The notes beneath the pieces are model-generated. The model saw only the letters and a program-made list of their open reading frames with translations. It made no database searches and had not been told where the DNA came from. Shown piece by piece: positions 29,508-39,345 of a stretch of 64,000 nt of DNA. The DNA lies in sequence record OZ470804.1, one strand, 5' to 3'. The DNA comes from a phage. A program made the translations under genes and the position numbers. Numbering within the stretch: the first letter of the stretch is position 1; the number at the start of each line of letters is the position of its first letter.

Positions 29508-30023
29508 ATGTACCTGTCAAACCTGAAACGTTCGGCTGCAATGTCAGTGTTAAGGCTCAGCTTTGAGGAACGTCAAGAGTTCATTGACTCCCACCAATAC
29601 GACCCTTCTAACTCAAATCACATGATTCTCTGGAATCGTGATAACTTCCGTGAAAGAGCACTTGTCCGTTATTACCCACACTACACAATAGATAACCTGT
29701 ATGAATGGTGTGTTGTGAAGAACACTATTGCAACACTTAACAATCTTTGCAGGTATACAGGCAAGCAAACATTTACACTAGGTCACCACAAGCCTGTTAC
29801 AAAAGGTGGTGAACATCACTGTGCAAACTGGTTTATCCAAACTAAAGCTGATAACCAGAAGCAAGGAGATAGACTCCTAAGCATCCCTAAGATGACCTAT
29901 GAAGAGCAAGAGAAATATATCAAAAATAATATGCCAGATGTGCTTGACAACAACTATACAGATTTGGCAATATCTCTCCTGTTGAAGTTTGAGACAGTTT
30001 ATAGGGCAACTTACAATGGCTAA
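29508..30023 (+). CDS. hypothetical protein, possible HNH-type nuclease
   Basis: LGHHKPVTKGGEHHCANWFIQTKADNQKQ resembles an HNH core. Confidence 0.35.
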   Translation: MYLSNLKRSAAMSVLRLSFEERQEFIDSHQYDPSNSNHMILWNRDNFRERALVRYYPHYTIDNLYEWCVVKNTIATLNNLCRYTGKQTFTLGHHKPVTKGGEHHCANWFIQTKADNQKQGDRLLSIPKMTYEEQEKYIKNNMPDVLDNNYTDLAISLLLKFETVYRATYNG

Positions 30024-30294
30024 AGCAGATTGGGAAATAAAAGACCTAATAAGTGATGCTGGAAATGGTTGTGAGATGTATATGATTCGTGGTCATGTAC
30101 CAGACCCATTAGCTCTTGAGATGATTGACCATCACACAAATGGATTCTACAAAGAACTAGGTGAACCAAATGTTGAACGCACTTGGACAAAACCAGTACC
30201 AGATAGCACAGGCAACTGTTCAGTCCTCTATCACATTGTGAATCCACAAAAATGCAAAACAGCTATGGCTGTGACATTCGTAACTTTTGATTGA
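30016..30294 (+). CDS. hypothetical protein
   Basis: start taken at MAKADWEIK. Confidence 0.4.
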   Translation: MAKADWEIKDLISDAGNGCEMYMIRGHVPDPLALEMIDHHTNGFYKELGEPNVERTWTKPVPDSTGNCSVLYHIVNPQKCKTAMAVTFVTFD

Positions 30295-30306
30295 GAGAGA
30301 AAAACT

Positions 30307-31188
30307 ATGAAAACATCTATCCGTGTTATAATTCATTCACCGACAAAAGGGTCTCATGAAGAAGAGTTTAACATCATCCAGTTCCCTTCTGGTGAGATTG
30401 GTGGACACTTTTCACAAGAGCTTGTTGACTTTACTGCTCACGCAGCATCATCCATCAACAATGTGATTATGATTGTAAAAGGCTATGATAAAGACACATT
30501 GTTTGCTGTGGCACTTGCTAAAGAAGCAATTGATGATTTAGTTCCTCATGAATATGCCTTAAAGACTGTCATCTTTTACTACTTACCAAATGCACGATAT
30601 GACCGTCACATGTTTAAAGGTGATGCAGCAGCTTTGAAGGTTTTTGCTAAACAGGTTAATGCAATGGGGTTTGGTGCGGTCTGTGCAGTTGACCCTCACA
30701 GTTATGTGCCAGATAACCTGTTTAACTGCTTCCAAAGTATTCCTCAAAATGAAATTGCAGTCCACTATGCAAATGACCCACTGGTTGATTACTTAGTAGC
30801 CCCAGATGCAGGTGCTTCTAAGAAGATTGCAGAGACTGCTAAAGAGGTGGATAAACCATACATCACAATGTCTAAAGTACGTAACCTTCAGACTGGTGAA
30901 ATTACTGGTATGCGAATCCTTGATGATGTGGATTTGACAGATAAAACTGTCATGATTCTTGATGATATCTGTGATGGTGGTCGAACCTTCATAGAAGCAG
31001 CTAAACATCTTCGTGAAGCAGGTGCAAAACGTGTGGAACTCTATGTAACACATGGTATCTTCTCTAAAGGTGTTGAAAACCTTCTTGACAATGGTATTGA
31101 CCACATCTACACTACAAACTCTTTAGGGGAAGCTAAAGACCGTGGTTTAACACATTATGGTCAAGTTACTGTAGCAAACCTTGATTAA
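30307..31188 (+). CDS. ribose-phosphate pyrophosphokinase (Prs) family protein; candidate ADPR-pyrophosphate synthetase
   Basis: PRPP-binding loop VMILDDICDGGRT and HGIFS flexible-loop motif. Confidence 0.7.
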   Translation: MKTSIRVIIHSPTKGSHEEEFNIIQFPSGEIGGHFSQELVDFTAHAASSINNVIMIVKGYDKDTLFAVALAKEAIDDLVPHEYALKTVIFYYLPNARYDRHMFKGDAAALKVFAKQVNAMGFGAVCAVDPHSYVPDNLFNCFQSIPQNEIAVHYANDPLVDYLVAPDAGASKKIAETAKEVDKPYITMSKVRNLQTGEITGMRILDDVDLTDKTVMILDDICDGGRTFIEAAKHLREAGAKRVELYVTHGIFSKGVENLLDNGIDHIYTTNSLGEAKDRGLTHYGQVTVANLD

Positions 31189-31197
31189 AACTTTATA

Positions 31198-31218
31198 GGG
31201 GGCTTTTAAGCCCCATTT
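31198..31218 (+). terminator. intrinsic terminator / attenuating hairpin
   Basis: GGGGCTTTTAAGCCCC hairpin followed by ATTTT. Confidence 0.5.
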
Positions 31219-31235
31219 TGAGAGAGATTAAAAAG

Positions 31236-33017
31236 ATGACTAAATCACTTTATGCAGTGCCAGCAGGTTTAAACGCAGATGCTTACAAATCTGGTCACAT
31301 TTACCAGTACCCTAGTGCAACAGAGTACTTAATGTTTAACCTGACACCACGTAGTGACAAATGGTTTAACAGTCCCTTAGCAATTGATGGTGTAGTTGCT
31401 TTTGGTATTCAACGTTTTGTTAAAGATTACTTGATAGACCACTGGAACGCCACCTTTTTTGAACGTGACAAAAAAGAAGCAATTGATGAAATCTTAGAAG
31501 TCATGAACGGTGTTCTGGGTAAAGATGCTATTGGTCGAGAGCATTGGGAAGCACTTCATGACTTGGGTTATCTACCAGTTGAAGTATACGCTGTAGAAGA
31601 AGGAACAGTTGTCCCTATGCGTGTACCAATGGTTGTCTTCCAGAACACTGTTTCAGGTTTCCATTGGGTAGCGGGGTATCTGGAAGATGCTTTCTCTGCT
31701 GAGATTTGGAAGGCTTGTACCATTGCAACTATTGCATTGCACTACAAACGTATCTGTAAGAAGTGGGCTGACCTTACTTGTGACAACGACTTGCATTTAC
31801 CTTATCAGTGCCATGACTTTGCTATGCGTGGTATGTCCGGCTTTACTGATGACGCATTTAACGCTGTAGGCCACTTAACCAGCTTTAAAGGGACTGATAG
31901 CTTCCCTGCTGTATATACAGCTAAACGCATCTACGGTCAGTCCTACCCAATCTCTGATATTGGTAGCTCTGTACCAGCCACTGAACACTCTGTAATGTGT
32001 GCAAACATTGCTTGGGAAGGTGGTAATGAGTTGATTGAAGAAGAAAGACGCTTCAAAGGTGAGTTACAAACCTTCCGTCGCTTCTTAACAGAAACTTACC
32101 CAACTGGTATTGCAAGTGTTGTTTCAGATACTTATAATTTCTGGAGAACTGTATCAGTCATATTGCCAGAACTCCGTAAAGAGATTATGGAACGAAATGG
32201 CAAACTGGTAATTCGTCCTGATTCTGGAGACCCTGTACATATTGTCACAGGTTATAAAGCAATTCACTTAGAGTGTGCTAAAAAGGCTTATTATGAACAC
32301 CTAAGCAAGCTGGAAGCCAGCGACACAATGTTGAATGCTGTTCTGAACATGAAGCTTGAAAACATCAATTATGGTATTGCTGGATGGCTACTGTTAGAAG
32401 GCTATGAGATGGTTGTTGACAGAGAAGACTTTGAAGTTGCTGATACAGTGATGTTGAAAAATGCTTATATGGTTGGTTCTGCAAACGTTGTAACACGTCC
32501 TGTAGCAGAGATTGATGGAGCTATTAAGACCCTGTATAACATCTTTGGAGGGACTATTAACTCTAAAGGTTTTAAGGTACTGGATGAGCACATTGGCCTT
32601 ATTTATGGCGACTCTATCACGTTGGAACGTGCAAATGAAATACTGAAGCGTTTGTATGAAATGGGTTTTGCAAGCTCTAACGTAGTGTTTGGTGTAGGTT
32701 CTTACACTTACCAGTACATGACTCGTGACACCTTTGCATTTGCTGTCAAAGCAACCCTTGCAAGCATTGGTGGTAAAGAGATTATGCTTGCAAAAGACCC
32801 TAAAACAGATAGTGGTGTTAAGAAGTCTGCTTTTGGTGGTGTAGCACCTATGTGGGATGGTGAAAATCTGAAAGCTGTAGATGGCTATGGGTTCCAGAGC
32901 TTTGCAGATGCACTTGAACATCCAGCTTGTGCTTTACGTCTAGTCTTTAGCGACTCTGAGCAGTTCGGCTACACAACTCTTGGTGATATTCGAAATAATA
33001 TTGACAAGCAGCTTTAA
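31236..33017 (+). CDS. nicotinamide phosphoribosyltransferase (Nampt) family protein; candidate Namat
   Basis: ADAYKSGHIYQYP, SSVPATEHSVM and IRPDSGDP motifs match Nampt; about 100 aa longer than typical Nampt. Confidence 0.7.
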   Translation: MTKSLYAVPAGLNADAYKSGHIYQYPSATEYLMFNLTPRSDKWFNSPLAIDGVVAFGIQRFVKDYLIDHWNATFFERDKKEAIDEILEVMNGVLGKDAIGREHWEALHDLGYLPVEVYAVEEGTVVPMRVPMVVFQNTVSGFHWVAGYLEDAFSAEIWKACTIATIALHYKRICKKWADLTCDNDLHLPYQCHDFAMRGMSGFTDDAFNAVGHLTSFKGTDSFPAVYTAKRIYGQSYPISDIGSSVPATEHSVMCANIAWEGGNELIEEERRFKGELQTFRRFLTETYPTGIASVVSDTYNFWRTVSVILPELRKEIMERNGKLVIRPDSGDPVHIVTGYKAIHLECAKKAYYEHLSKLEASDTMLNAVLNMKLENINYGIAGWLLLEGYEMVVDREDFEVADTVMLKNAYMVGSANVVTRPVAEIDGAIKTLYNIFGGTINSKGFKVLDEHIGLIYGDSITLERANEILKRLYEMGFASSNVVFGVGSYTYQYMTRDTFAFAVKATLASIGGKEIMLAKDPKTDSGVKKSAFGGVAPMWDGENLKAVDGYGFQSFADALEHPACALRLVFSDSEQFGYTTLGDIRNNIDKQL

Positions 33018-33031
33018 AAGTATATGATAAG

Positions 33032-33054
33032 AGGCTCCTACGGGAGCCTTTTTA
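33032..33054 (+). terminator. intrinsic terminator
   Basis: AGGCTCC-TAC-GGGAGCCT followed by TTTTT. Confidence 0.7.
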
Positions 33055-33070
33055 ATTTCTGGAGAAGATT

Positions 33071-33406
33071 ATGAAAATCAAAGAAATGAACATCAACATT
33101 GTCTTAGAAGAACGCTGGGAGAACATCAAGAAGCCTGAAAATGGTCATAAGTTCCTCAACAAAATCTTAGTAGCAGCTAAAGAAGAACTGACTGGCAAGG
33201 TTGCAGCAGCAATCACAATAAAGGTGTGTGTAAAGGGTCTTCCAGACAATCACCAATTTGCACTTGACGAGTTTAAAGAAAGCTTCTACAATCCAAACAA
33301 ACAGATGCTTGAAAGTAACTTTGCAGTGTCTACAAGTATCGTCCATGACAGAAGCTTTATCCTTTACAAGAATATGAGAGGTGAGTCATGCAAGCATATT
33401 GGATAG
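33071..33406 (+). CDS. hypothetical protein
   Basis: 111 aa ORF. Confidence 0.45.
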   Translation: MKIKEMNINIVLEERWENIKKPENGHKFLNKILVAAKEELTGKVAAAITIKVCVKGLPDNHQFALDEFKESFYNPNKQMLESNFAVSTSIVHDRSFILYKNMRGESCKHIG

Positions 33407-33564
33407 AAATTTTACTGTCACTTGGTAGTGTAGCAGTATTTGTCTACCTCCTTTGCAAGTACTTTGCAGAGCACAAAAAATGTGACTACTGTAATGGAGA
33501 GGGGTACATAATGGCAGGATGTTGCCCTATGTGTGGTGGTTCTGGTAAAATGTTTAATAAGTAA
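33388..33564 (+). CDS. membrane-anchored zinc-ribbon mini-protein (58 aa, not in ORF track)
   Basis: MQAYWIEILLSLGSVAVFVYLLCKYF then CDYCNGEG..CPMCGGSG. Confidence 0.4.
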   Translation: MQAYWIEILLSLGSVAVFVYLLCKYFAEHKKCDYCNGEGYIMAGCCPMCGGSGKMFNK

Positions 33565-33592
33565 TTTAACAGTAAACTGAGAGGAAAGTATT

Positions 33593-35959
33593 ATGCGCAT
33601 GGTAAACGACCACGCAGAAGTGATTAAGAGTTCAACTTCTTTAGAGACGTCTCAAGCACAGATTACAATGACACCTGAAATGTTCAGCCTTTTGAGTTCT
33701 GGTGTATATACCTTTAAAGAAAGGGCAGTGATTCGTGAACTGTCATGTAACGCAGTAGATGCTCAGAAAGAAGCTGGAAAAGAGAATATCCCGTTCCATG
33801 TGCATTTACCTACTCGTTTTGAGCCTTACTTTGAAGTCCGTGATTTTGGAACTGGATTGACTCATGACAAAGTAATGAGTTTGTATCTGAACTATGGGGC
33901 TTCTACGAAGAATGACTCTAATGATTACATTGGTGCAATGGGTATCGGCTCAAAATCCCCATTTGCAATTGCTCAGTCATTCACAGTGTCTAGCTATGTT
34001 GATGGTGTTGTTAATAAGTACTCTGTTTACCTTGAGAATGGTATCCCTCAAGTAACTAAGCTGACTACCAACCCAACAAAGGAACCTAATGGCTTAGCTG
34101 TACGTGTAGCAGTTGCTGACCATCGTATCTCAAAATTCTTTGAAGAAGCTGGTCACGTATACTCATACTTTTCTGTAAAACCAGAGAGTAATGTGGAGTA
34201 TAATGATATATTAGCAGATATGGATGTGATTGCTCGTGAAGAAGGTGTCTATGATGCCATGACTCATAAGCATAGCTGGCGTTCAAGCAGCAATAGAACA
34301 GAGTTTAACGTGGTTATGGGCAATATTGCCTACCCAGTTAATATGGAGGCATTACTTGGTGATGATTTCTTCAAAGTATTACCAGAATTTTTCCGCAGGA
34401 GCATAGACCTTGTAAACATCTACATGCCTATTGGTTCAGTTGCTATTGCAGCTTCTCGTGAAGCATTGCAGATGAATGACACGACAAAAAATGTTATCAT
34501 CGAGGCTACTAAAAAGATAACTGAAGCAATTACAAAGGATGTTATCAAGAAAGTTAATAGTCAACCTACACTCATGGATGCTGCACAGGCTTATGCTGAG
34601 TTACGCTTGAACTCACGAGAGATGTTTAATGTTGTGTGTCCAAAGCTAGAGTGGGGAGGTGTTAAGCTTGATTCTCTGGAAGAAGAATTACTAAACATTC
34701 GTCGTGGAATTATCTACGCAGAGGACGGCTCAGTCATCTATGAACGTGACGGCAAAGGTAATATTAAGGTTGACAGTAAAGGAAACAACATTCCTAAAGT
34801 GGACTACCTATACAATCCAGTTGCTTATGTTAAGTTCAACTCTTTAGAGAGTAAGATTCGTGCAACAGCACTTTCCTACACTCAAGAGGCGAGCATGTTC
34901 AATATCTTTGGTGCAATGCGTAAAAGCCAAATTGAACAGTTTTTGTTCGTGATTAATGACCGTCGCAATAAAAACGGTACTGAAAAGACTGTAGGCCGCA
35001 ATCAGATTCTGCGTGGTGCATGTCGAGACTACGCCAGTGAGTCAAGTCTGTTTCACAGATATAATGGTATTGTGTTTGTATTCTCGACTGAAAAAGAGTT
35101 AGACGACCTAATCAATCTACACAAACTTGATAAAAGCTTGTTAAAGATTGTGAAGATGTCTGATAAGGAACATCACTATCAGCGTAAAGAAGCTGTAAGG
35201 GGTGTTGTAAAACTCTGGAAAGCTGTTCCAGCAGAAGGTGTAGCTTCCTATAAAGAGGTTTCAGAGGACTTCGATACAATTGAAGAACCTCAGCTTTACA
35301 TTAAGGCAGTTGGTGATACAGTTGATGGCGAATGTTTTTGCTCATCTCCAGAAGATGTAGCCAAGTCAGTTGCTAATGTTACAGGGAAGACAGTCTATGT
35401 TTTCCGAAAAGCAAATTGGAAAAAGATACCAGAAGACTGGATTGAAGTAGATGAGAAGCTCTTGAACGACAGCTTAACTGATGTTCACTGGATTAATCAT
35501 AACAGGTATATGACACGTATCTATATGAATGGTGTTCTTGACCTTACAAGCAGTTGGATTATCGCCAGAAACTTTACATTCAATAACAGGAAGATTTCTC
35601 GTGGTTATTGCTATTCACGAGATACTAACAAAACTATCTTCCTAGAAGGCAATGAAGATGCTGTAGAGGCAATGTTCGGTAAAATCCAATACGTTGCTGC
35701 ACCATTTGCATACACTTATACTGTTAGTGTATTGAAAACTTTGAAAGACTGTCTTGACAATGATACAAAGCTTTACAAGAAAATTAAGAAAGCTGGTGAC
35801 CGCATGGTCATTAAGGTGACAAACTACCTTTCAAAAAGAAAACAAGAAAACTTCTTGCTTTCTCATTTAGATTGGAATAAAGTGTCACCTATCGAAGTGA
35901 GTAAGTTCTTAGGCTTTGATGTGAAGTGTGTTCCAGAAGGGACTACAATTTACGATTAA
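33593..35959 (+). CDS. rIIA-like protein with N-terminal GHKL ATPase domain
   Basis: Bergerat-fold motifs RELSCNAVDA, VRDFGTGL and GAMGIGSKS; 788 aa; followed by a co-transcribed partner. Confidence 0.55.
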   Translation: MRMVNDHAEVIKSSTSLETSQAQITMTPEMFSLLSSGVYTFKERAVIRELSCNAVDAQKEAGKENIPFHVHLPTRFEPYFEVRDFGTGLTHDKVMSLYLNYGASTKNDSNDYIGAMGIGSKSPFAIAQSFTVSSYVDGVVNKYSVYLENGIPQVTKLTTNPTKEPNGLAVRVAVADHRISKFFEEAGHVYSYFSVKPESNVEYNDILADMDVIAREEGVYDAMTHKHSWRSSSNRTEFNVVMGNIAYPVNMEALLGDDFFKVLPEFFRRSIDLVNIYMPIGSVAIAASREALQMNDTTKNVIIEATKKITEAITKDVIKKVNSQPTLMDAAQAYAELRLNSREMFNVVCPKLEWGGVKLDSLEEELLNIRRGIIYAEDGSVIYERDGKGNIKVDSKGNNIPKVDYLYNPVAYVKFNSLESKIRATALSYTQEASMFNIFGAMRKSQIEQFLFVINDRRNKNGTEKTVGRNQILRGACRDYASESSLFHRYNGIVFVFSTEKELDDLINLHKLDKSLLKIVKMSDKEHHYQRKEAVRGVVKLWKAVPAEGVASYKEVSEDFDTIEEPQLYIKAVGDTVDGECFCSSPEDVAKSVANVTGKTVYVFRKANWKKIPEDWIEVDEKLLNDSLTDVHWINHNRYMTRIYMNGVLDLTSSWIIARNFTFNNRKISRGYCYSRDTNKTIFLEGNEDAVEAMFGKIQYVAAPFAYTYTVSVLKTLKDCLDNDTKLYKKIKKAGDRMVIKVTNYLSKRKQENFLLSHLDWNKVSPIEVSKFLGFDVKCVPEGTTIYD

Positions 35960-35964
35960 AGTGT

Positions 35965-35994
35965 TTGACAAGGGGCTTCAAAACCCCTTAGAAT
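35965..35994 (+). promoter_or_regulatory. sigma70-type promoter with spacer hairpin
   Basis: TTGACA-18 bp-TAGAAT; spacer contains GGGGCTTCAAAACCCC palindrome. Confidence 0.55.
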
Positions 35995-36038
35995 AGCATC
36001 ACAAAATGATTTATTAACTAACAAGAGAGAGTAATAAG

Positions 36039-37148
36039 ATGACTACCAAAACTAAAGCACAGATTGACGCAGAAATTTACAAACTGGTTAAAGAAGGTAA
36101 GTTGACTAAAACAGCTATTGCACAGAAATTTAATACTTCAACCCGTTCAGTCGGTCGTGCTGTAGAGCGTCATGAAGCAACCTTAAAAGGGAATAAGAAG
36201 GCAACTTCTACACCAGCTACGAAGACTTTGAAGCAAGTTGCTAAGACCTTTAAAAAGAAAGCTGACAAACCAGTTGAAAAGGTTGTTAAAGATGCTGTAC
36301 AGAAAGCTCCGGTAAATAAACTGCATGAAGCTATGCAGAAAGATGACAAGATTGAGTACATGATTACTGGTGACTCTGTAATTATGACTTATGGTTCAGA
36401 ATCTGAAATTGTTGAGTCTACTCATCCGAACTATCAAGAGATTGTAGTTCATGTTGTGAAAGGTGAGTTCAAAAAAGCCTTTGAATTGATGAACATTCGT
36501 AAGTCTATCGAAAACTTCACTCAGGGCGCTATCACAATCAAAGGTGACAAGTTATTCTACGGTGCTGTTGAGATGCGTTCTACTCTGGTTGACCGTATTC
36601 TTCACATGATGAAGACTGGAGATAAAGGTTTCGAACGCCTTGTGATGTTCTTCGAAAAACTGATGGAAAACCCATCTAAAGACTCTGTAGAACAACTTTG
36701 GGGCTTCGTATCTCACCTTGATGTTGAAATTGATGAAGAAGGCTACATCATTGGTTGGAAGAAAGTATCTACTCGTGAAGGCAAGCTGGTTGACTCCCAC
36801 ACCTACAGAGTACCTAATGATTTGGGTAACATTGTAGAAATGCCACGTTGGATGGTTGATAATAACCGTAACGTGACTTGCTCTCAAGGTCTTCATGTTG
36901 GTGCTTGGGATTATGTTCGTTGCTTCTCAGGTGATACAATTCTGAAGGTTCGTGTCCATCCACGAGACGTTGTATCCGTACCAACTGATTACAACGATAT
37001 GAAGATGCGCTCGTCTCGTTATGAAGTTACAGCAATCGTTGATAATCAACGTAAAGTACTGAAAGCATGGGATGGCAAGACTGAAGCTTTGCATGTCATC
37101 GTTGGCACTGCTGGGGAACTTATCTCTCAGCGTAAACGTGAAATCTAA
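36039..37148 (+). CDS. rIIB-like protein (putative)
   Basis: 369 aa ORF immediately downstream of rIIA-like gene; assignment by context only. Confidence 0.35.
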   Translation: MTTKTKAQIDAEIYKLVKEGKLTKTAIAQKFNTSTRSVGRAVERHEATLKGNKKATSTPATKTLKQVAKTFKKKADKPVEKVVKDAVQKAPVNKLHEAMQKDDKIEYMITGDSVIMTYGSESEIVESTHPNYQEIVVHVVKGEFKKAFELMNIRKSIENFTQGAITIKGDKLFYGAVEMRSTLVDRILHMMKTGDKGFERLVMFFEKLMENPSKDSVEQLWGFVSHLDVEIDEEGYIIGWKKVSTREGKLVDSHTYRVPNDLGNIVEMPRWMVDNNRNVTCSQGLHVGAWDYVRCFSGDTILKVRVHPRDVVSVPTDYNDMKMRSSRYEVTAIVDNQRKVLKAWDGKTEALHVIVGTAGELISQRKREI

Positions 37149-37164
37149 TAAGTAATTTCTTAAA

Positions 37165-37188
37165 AGGCTGCTTCGGCGGCCTTTTTTA
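37165..37188 (+). terminator. intrinsic terminator
   Basis: AGGCTGCTTCGGCGGCCT followed by TTTTTT. Confidence 0.7.
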
Positions 37189-37248
37189 TTTGTATTTTGT
37201 GCAGAGTGCTGTATAATTGTTTTCACGATAAACTAAACAGGAGAACCA

Positions 37249-37797
37249 ATGAAGAAATTGATTCTAGGTTTGTGCTTAATGTTTACAGCACACTTATCTT
37301 ATGCAGTTGACTGCCCAGAGCTATCAATTAGCCAAAAAGTAAACATGTTAAAAGCTTACCAGTATGGTGAGAATAACATGGGTAAAGGTTGGGGTATCAC
37401 TCTAGCTGCTATAGCCTTACAAGAGTCAGAGTTAGGTCTGAAGGTAGAGAATAAAAAGACCCATGACTATGGTATCTTCCAGAATCACTTGAAGACTGTT
37501 GTAAAGCGTAACAAAATTAGTCCTAATGTGGCTAAAAAGAAACTCTTAAAAGACTTTGACTATGCTGCGAAGGAAACTCACAAAGAGCTTGAGTTTTGGA
37601 CAAAGGTGCATGGTCAGCCAAAGTCAAAGAAGACTTTACAAAAAGTTTTAGCATCATATAATGCTGGGTATTCGTACAGAATCCCTAAAGCTAAGAAATA
37701 TTCTCAAGATGTCTATAACAACATGAAAGTTATTGCTCAATGTGAATTTGCAACAAACATTTCTAAGGTAAACCATGAAAAAATTAAAAAAGTCTGA
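37249..37797 (+). CDS. secreted protein, possible lytic transglycosylase
   Basis: signal peptide MKKLILGLCLMFTAHLSYA; ALQESELG..YGIFQ resembles the SLT catalytic motif. Confidence 0.4.
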   Translation: MKKLILGLCLMFTAHLSYAVDCPELSISQKVNMLKAYQYGENNMGKGWGITLAAIALQESELGLKVENKKTHDYGIFQNHLKTVVKRNKISPNVAKKKLLKDFDYAAKETHKELEFWTKVHGQPKSKKTLQKVLASYNAGYSYRIPKAKKYSQDVYNNMKVIAQCEFATNISKVNHEKIKKV

Positions 37798-38470
37798 TGA
37801 AGTACTGTGTCATGCTTACGACTTACATCCTCATGAGTTAGGTCTTGATTCCTGTGTATGGACTCCAGAACAGTGTAGGGATTTTGAAGACACTGCAAGA
37901 GAAGTTGTATGTTCACTCGAAGAGTTCCACACATCAGAACCAATTGTGAATGTTGTAGATAAAGAGACTGGACAAACTATAGGTGTAAGTCGTGATAGCT
38001 TAGTCATAGTCAATAAAGACCTTGTAGAAAAAGGGAATCTCATCTTAGCAGATATTGATGGTGTTCTTACAAATTTTAATCACGAAGATTGTTCAACGGA
38101 ATTGACTGACGGTTCATTCTCGCAGTACACTAATCTTCTTGACTCTGTAAGAGCAAAACCAACGTATGTTTTCAATATCATTGATGCAATTGCTAATCAT
38201 GCTGCTGTTGGACTCTTGACAGCGAGAGGTGAATCTCAGAGAATACCTACTGAGATGTTTTTAAGGCATAACACAGAGCATGACTACATGCTTTTTATGC
38301 GTGGTTTTGGGACTAACTCTATAAGCGCAGAAAGTTTGAAAGTGAGGATGATTCAGTCTTGCATTCTGCCTTACTTTAATATAGTATGTTTTATAGAAGA
38401 CACAGAGAAGAATGTGCAGAAGGTGAACAGAATCCTTCCACACATTAAAACCATGTTAGTTAAACATTGA
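37775..38470 (+). CDS. hypothetical protein
   Basis: 231 aa ORF. Confidence 0.5.
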   Translation: MKKLKKSDEVLCHAYDLHPHELGLDSCVWTPEQCRDFEDTAREVVCSLEEFHTSEPIVNVVDKETGQTIGVSRDSLVIVNKDLVEKGNLILADIDGVLTNFNHEDCSTELTDGSFSQYTNLLDSVRAKPTYVFNIIDAIANHAAVGLLTARGESQRIPTEMFLRHNTEHDYMLFMRGFGTNSISAESLKVRMIQSCILPYFNIVCFIEDTEKNVQKVNRILPHIKTMLVKH

Positions 38471-38480
38471 GAGAAAACTT

Positions 38481-38945
38481 ATGAACAATATCATTACGGT
38501 AGCACTGGACGATACGGTAAACAAATCTGCAATAGTTCGTAAAATGATTCAAGGTAACTTTGAAGGTAAAATTTTTCGTGCTGTTAATGTAAAAGCTGAT
38601 GGCAGCATTCGTGAATATCGTGCATTATTGAATGTTAAAAAACACGTAAAAGGTGCTGGTTCAACGACTGCACACAAAGAAAACCTGATGACTATCTATG
38701 ATATGGGTAAGGCTTCAGAGTTAGGTGCTGAAGGTATCGTTAAAGAAGGTGCTCCGTATCGCTCTTTCAATCTGGAAACTACTCTTATGCTTTCCTTTAC
38801 AAGTGGTTCTAAAACAATCACTTATCTCTTTACTGATGCTGCAACGGTATCTGCTATTAAGGATAGCACTGTCAAAGCTGGCGTAGTTGCTGCTGCAAAA
38901 GCTTCTTCGATGGCTGCGAATATCCTTGCTAAAGTCCTCGGTTAA
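38481..38945 (+). CDS. hypothetical protein
   Basis: 154 aa ORF, strong RBS, terminator downstream. Confidence 0.55.
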   Translation: MNNIITVALDDTVNKSAIVRKMIQGNFEGKIFRAVNVKADGSIREYRALLNVKKHVKGAGSTTAHKENLMTIYDMGKASELGAEGIVKEGAPYRSFNLETTLMLSFTSGSKTITYLFTDAATVSAIKDSTVKAGVVAAAKASSMAANILAKVLG

Positions 38946-38956
38946 GGTTAAGATAC

Positions 38957-38980
38957 AGGCTCCTTCGGGAGCCTTTTTCA
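38957..38980 (+). terminator. intrinsic terminator
   Basis: AGGCTCCTTCGGGAGCCT followed by TTTTT. Confidence 0.7.
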
Positions 38981-38997
38981 TTTTAGGAGATTGTTAA

Positions 38998-39345
38998 ATG
39001 ACATTTAAAGAGTTCTGTCAAGCTACTTTCATAATTGTTTTCTTAGTTGGTGCAGGTGTCTGGGGAGGATACTCTTACAGAGACTACCAAGTTGCTGAAA
39101 CTGAGCTAAATAATGAGAAGCTGATAAGTGTTGCTAAAGATGCTTATCAGGAAGGATTAGTCACACTGAGCACCAATTACAAAAATGATTTGAAAGATGT
39201 GCTTGCTAAGAATAAGCATACAAAAGAGGTACTAACATATGAAAAAACTAAGCCAGAGTTTTATAATGTTTGTGTTACTGATAACTATGTCAGGGTGTTC
39301 AACGAACAAAGTGAGCAGTACATTCAAAAACTCCCAAGTAAGTGA
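38998..39345 (+). CDS. i-spanin-like protein (Rz-like)
   Basis: N-terminal transmembrane helix then charged helical region; AGGAGA RBS. Confidence 0.4.
   Translation: MTFKEFCQATFIIVFLVGAGVWGGYSYRDYQVAETELNNEKLISVAKDAYQEGLVTLSTNYKNDLKDVLAKNKHTKEVLTYEKTKPEFYNVCVTDNYVRVFNEQSEQYIQKLPSK

Noticed and set aside
30583-32921. Minus-strand ORFs inside the Prs-like and Nampt-like genes (30583-30765, 30793-31104, 32394-32921)
   Set aside because: Antisense to well-supported genes; Cys/His-rich low-complexity translations
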